This document shows, piece by piece, positions 23,791 to 27,159 of a stretch of 27,159 nt of DNA. Position 1 is the stretch's first letter. Each line of letters opens with the position of its first letter. Source of the stretch: a virus. Its lineage: Duplodnaviria > Caudoviricetes. The DNA is taken from positions 1 through 27,159 of the IMG/VR virus record IMGVR_UViG_3300037424_000800, one strand, 5' to 3'. Position numbers and translations under genes: made by a program. Below the pieces are notes generated by a model. The model was not told the DNA's origin. It ran no database searches and worked only from the letters and a program-made list of their open reading frames with translations.

Positions 23791-25022
23791 TGGTAAAGAT
23801 TAAAGATCTGACTCAGGATGTAAAGAACGCCAACCGCGGCACGCGGCGCGGCTTGAATGCGCTGGACGCTAGCCTGAGGCAGTACAAGATTGGGCGCGGC
23901 GTTCTGGCTGATAAGCATGGCAATATTATTGCCGGGAATAAAACGGTGGAACGCATTGCTGACCTTGCGCCAGATACTGAGATTATTATGGTTCCGACTA
24001 CGGGTGACCAGCTTGTAGTTACTCAGCGCATGGACTTGGACCTGGATACCGACCCAGAGGCGCGGGCGCTGGCTACCTACGATAACAGGGTAGGGCAGCT
24101 TGACCTCGATTGGGATGTGGAGGCGTTGAATGATGTAGGGCTGGATGTGCTGGGCGATCTGTGGACGGACAAGGAACTAGCGGAGATCGGCTTCAATGTC
24201 GAGGAGCCTCCCGAAGACCCAGGCGCGCAGATTGACCGCGCGGAGGAACTGCGCGAGAAGTGGGGCGTGGTCAGCGGTCAACTCTGGAAGTTGGGCGAGC
24301 ACCGGCTGATTTGCGGGGACTGCACGGACAAGGTGGTGGTGGAGAAGGTGATGGGAGGAAACCTCCTGCGACTTATCTGGACTGATCCGCCTTATGGCGT
24401 TAAGTATGGCGAGAAGATGGAAGATGCGAACCCGATGGGTTATCGGGTTCGCCGTATCGAAAACGATAATTTATCTGATGGCGACTTAGAGAAGATGATT
24501 AGATCGGCTTACACGAATTTGGCAGATCACGCGCAATCAGGTGCGGCATTATACGCAGCGTGCCCGGCGGGTACGCTGCTCCCAACTGCGATTGCGGCTT
24601 TTGCTGGTAGTGGTTTTGTGTTCCACTGGGGTTTGGTTTGGGTGAAAGATCAACTAGTATTAGGGCGTGGCGATTATCACTTTAGGCACGAGAATATTTT
24701 ATATGGTTGGAAGCACGATGGGGCACACCTTTGGGCGAGTGACAGAAAACAAGACAGCATCTTTGAGATACCACGCCCGAAATCAAGCGAAGAACACCCG
24801 ACCATGAAGCCCGTAGCATTAGTTGAAGCGATGGTCAAGAATTCCAGCAATCATAACGATATCGTGGCCGACCCCTTCCTCGGCTCCGGCACGACCCTGA
24901 TCGCCTGCGAGCGGCTGGGGCGCAAGTGCCGGGCAATCGAAATATCTCCTGGGTATGTGGCTGTGGCACTTCAGAGATATTACGATATGACAGAGATTAT
25001 GCCTATGTTGGTGGATTTATGA
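23790..25022 (+). CDS. ParB-like N-terminus plus beta-class amino-methyltransferase (DPPY, N6-mA likely)
   Basis: Start moved to ATG 23790 (GGAG RBS; aligns with the paralog start); TDPPY, HPTMKP, DPFLGSGTT. Confidence 0.9.
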   Translation: MVKIKDLTQDVKNANRGTRRGLNALDASLRQYKIGRGVLADKHGNIIAGNKTVERIADLAPDTEIIMVPTTGDQLVVTQRMDLDLDTDPEARALATYDNRVGQLDLDWDVEALNDVGLDVLGDLWTDKELAEIGFNVEEPPEDPGAQIDRAEELREKWGVVSGQLWKLGEHRLICGDCTDKVVVEKVMGGNLLRLIWTDPPYGVKYGEKMEDANPMGYRVRRIENDNLSDGDLEKMIRSAYTNLADHAQSGAALYAACPAGTLLPTAIAAFAGSGFVFHWGLVWVKDQLVLGRGDYHFRHENILYGWKHDGAHLWASDRKQDSIFEIPRPKSSEEHPTMKPVALVEAMVKNSSNHNDIVADPFLGSGTTLIACERLGRKCRAIEISPGYVAVALQRYYDMTEIMPMLVDL

Positions 25023-25043
25023 CCTACGCGCACATGATAGCGA

Positions 25044-25796
25044 GTGGGCAATGAGTACATACGCGCGAACCTTATAAAAATGGATAACCATAAAGAAGAG
25101 CCTATTCCAGGCAGGTGTGGGGCCAAGATCAGATCCAGGACTGGCGGCTTCTGCAAACGCTATCCACTTGTCGGAAGGACACGTTGCAGGTTGCACGGTG
25201 GGGCAACGCCGCGCGGCGTGGACAGCCCGCATTACAAACATGGGCGATATTCCAAAGCATTACCAGTCAGGCTATTACAGAATTACGAGGCAGCTATCGC
25301 CGATCAGGAGCGGCTTGCCCTGGAGGATGAGAACGCGCTACTGGTCGCCAGGTTGCAGGAGCTCATAAAACGCATTGACGCCGGGGGGAGCGGGAATATC
25401 ATGCGCCAGTTACAGAACAAGTTTAGTGATTTCGAGAAAGCGCAGAGACTGGCGTCGAACGCGTCCAACGAAGAACAAAGGCAGCAACGTCTTGCAGAGT
25501 CGCGTGAGGCGCTCAAAGACATCAAAGCATTGATTACGCAAGGTGTCTCGGACTATATAATCTGGGATGAGATCGTGTCGGTAATCGATGTGAAAAGGAA
25601 GGTTGTGGAGTCTGAAAGGAAACGGCTGGTAGAAATGCAGCAGATGATAACGCTTGGGGATGCCGTCGTTCTGATGAGGGCGCTTTCCGAAGCGGTCCAG
25701 AATAACGTAGATAGCCCGAACGAAAGGCAAGCTGTGTATGCTGAGTTCGAGAGAATACTTAGTAGAAACGGTAAGGTCGATCTTATCTCCGGTTAA
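25044..25796 (+). CDS. HGGxSTG-motif protein, probable terminase small subunit
   Basis: RCGAKIR...RCRLHGGATP...YKHGRYS; directly upstream of TerL; start may be ATG 25080. Confidence 0.75.
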   Translation: MGNEYIRANLIKMDNHKEEPIPGRCGAKIRSRTGGFCKRYPLVGRTRCRLHGGATPRGVDSPHYKHGRYSKALPVRLLQNYEAAIADQERLALEDENALLVARLQELIKRIDAGGSGNIMRQLQNKFSDFEKAQRLASNASNEEQRQQRLAESREALKDIKALITQGVSDYIIWDEIVSVIDVKRKVVESERKRLVEMQQMITLGDAVVLMRALSEAVQNNVDSPNERQAVYAEFERILSRNGKVDLISG

Positions 25797-27159
25797 GCCG
25801 GAACAAACCCTTTGGCCGCGAGAGCACGTTTCCCACAACGGGCGTCCGGTTCCATTCCACCGCGGACAAAAGATTATTCATGATTCCAGCTCTAGGTTCC
25901 TCGCGATGCTGGCTGGCACCCAGGGAGGTAAAACCGGTTACGGTCCGTGGTGGCAATACCAGGAGATCCTTCGCACCGGCGGGGGAGACCATTTAGCGGT
26001 TACAGCATCGTATGACCTATTTAAGCTTAAGATGCTTCCGGCGATCCTAGAGGTTTACGAACAGATACTAAGGATCGGTCGCTATTGGGCTGGTGACCGT
26101 ATCCTGGAAATCGCTGATCCTGCTTCGGGACGTTTCTATGCCAGGAAAAACACTGATAAGATGTGGGGGCGTATCATCCTGCGTTCCGCTGATGCGCCGC
26201 GCGGCCTGGAGTCAGGTACGGCTCGGTCGGCGTGGCTGGATGAGGCGGGCATGCCGTCGTTCGCTGTCAAGGTATGGAGGGCGGTATTGCGTCGGCTTGC
26301 ATTGAACCGGGGGCGGATATTGATTACGTCAACTTTGTATGATGTGACCTGGATAGATACGGAGATCATGGATCGAGCAGAACGTACCGGGATAAAAGCG
26401 ATTGAAAACGTAGACGGGGCAGAGATCGAAACGACCGTGAGCGAAACCGCCAACATTACGATGGTGCAATATGACTCAACCCTTAATCCGCAGTATCCGA
26501 AGGAAGAATTTGAGTTTGCCAGAGACACACAGCCCGACGACGAGTTTCAGATGTTTTATCGTGGTCGGCGGGTCTCTATGCGAGCGCGCATTTATGATAC
26601 ATTTGAACGAAAAGCAGACACTTGTGCTCGTTTCCCGATCCCTCCTAACTGGAAGCGGTTCGTGGGGATGGATTTTGGAGGGGTGAACACGGTCGCCCTG
26701 TTCTACGCCGAGGACCCGCGCACGCCGAAGCCTCACCGGTTGTACTGTTATCGGTATTACCATGAAGGGGGGCGCACATCCAAGGAACATGCCGAGGAAA
26801 TATTAGCAGGAGAACCGGGAATACCTATGATCGCGGGCGGCGCAGCGGGCGAGGACCAATGGCGGCGAGAAATGGTGGAGGGCGGTTTGCCGATTAAAAA
26901 ACCAGAGATTTCTAGCGTTAAGCTCGGTATTGATATTGTCTATGCCCAGAATAAAACGGGCAATATAGTTTACTTCGACGATCTCGAACCGCTCCTGTCC
27001 CAAAAAGAACGCTACCGGCGTAAGGTTGGACCGGATGGGTCTGTGACGTCCGAGATCGAAAATAAATCAGCTTTTCACTTTATGGACGCGGAAAGGTATA
27101 TAATATCCGAGATCAGGAGCGAGGGTGCTGCGCCGCCCGATCCTAACGCTTATGCTGAG
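25738..27159 (+). CDS. terL: terminase large subunit, runs off window edge
   Basis: Manually translated frame 1 from ATG 25738: FHRGQ, AGTQGGKT (Walker A), WLDEAG (Walker B), GMDFG and HFMDAERY (RNase H-like nuclease). Confidence 0.9.
   Translation, partial: MLSSREYLVETVRSILSPVKPEQTLWPREHVSHNGRPVPFHRGQKIIHDSSSRFLAMLAGTQGGKTGYGPWWQYQEILRTGGGDHLAVTASYDLFKLKMLPAILEVYEQILRIGRYWAGDRILEIADPASGRFYARKNTDKMWGRIILRSADAPRGLESGTARSAWLDEAGMPSFAVKVWRAVLRRLALNRGRILITSTLYDVTWIDTEIMDRAERTGIKAIENVDGAEIETTVSETANITMVQYDSTLNPQYPKEEFEFARDTQPDDEFQMFYRGRRVSMRARIYDTFERKADTCARFPIPPNWKRFVGMDFGGVNTVALFYAEDPRTPKPHRLYCYRYYHEGGRTSKEHAEEILAGEPGIPMIAGGAAGEDQWRREMVEGGLPIKKPEISSVKLGIDIVYAQNKTGNIVYFDDLEPLLSQKERYRRKVGPDGSVTSEIENKSAFHFMDAERYIISEIRSEGAAPPDPNAYAE

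Noticed and set aside
25783-27003. Small ORFs listed over the last 1.4 kb
   Set aside because: The region is explained by the uninterrupted terL frame, which the track missed because it has no stop in the window

Overview
This window is a segment of a tailed dsDNA phage or prophage (GC-rich). Bases 1-21,524 are a leftward early/replication arm. It holds about 35 mostly small genes plus an HTH replication initiator with an internal iteron origin, DnaB, a SMARCAL1-like SNF2 ATPase, a PAPS-reductase-family protein, a C5 methyltransferase apparently encoded in two overlapping frames, and DUF3560. A divergent promoter pair at ~21,546-21,621 starts the rightward arm: two paralogous ParB-like/amino-methyltransferases, small-terminase-like genes, and a large terminase (25,738 to the window end, absent from the ORF track). 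The most unusual part is the regulatory layer. (i) Seven 39-bp sigma70 promoters share the box AAATTGCCT(A/G)TTGACAA, and there is one degenerate copy. (ii) Early genes share a stereotyped ribosome-binding site, GAAAGGAA-N-GACCATG. (iii) Two ORF-less ~70-nt transcription units (promoter, hairpin, anti-Shine-Dalgarno tract, terminator) have seeds complementary to the RBSs of the initiator, dnaB and early genes. (iv) Two long structured leaders share a 12-mer hairpin. All family calls come from motif recognition by eye; no database search or folding program was run.
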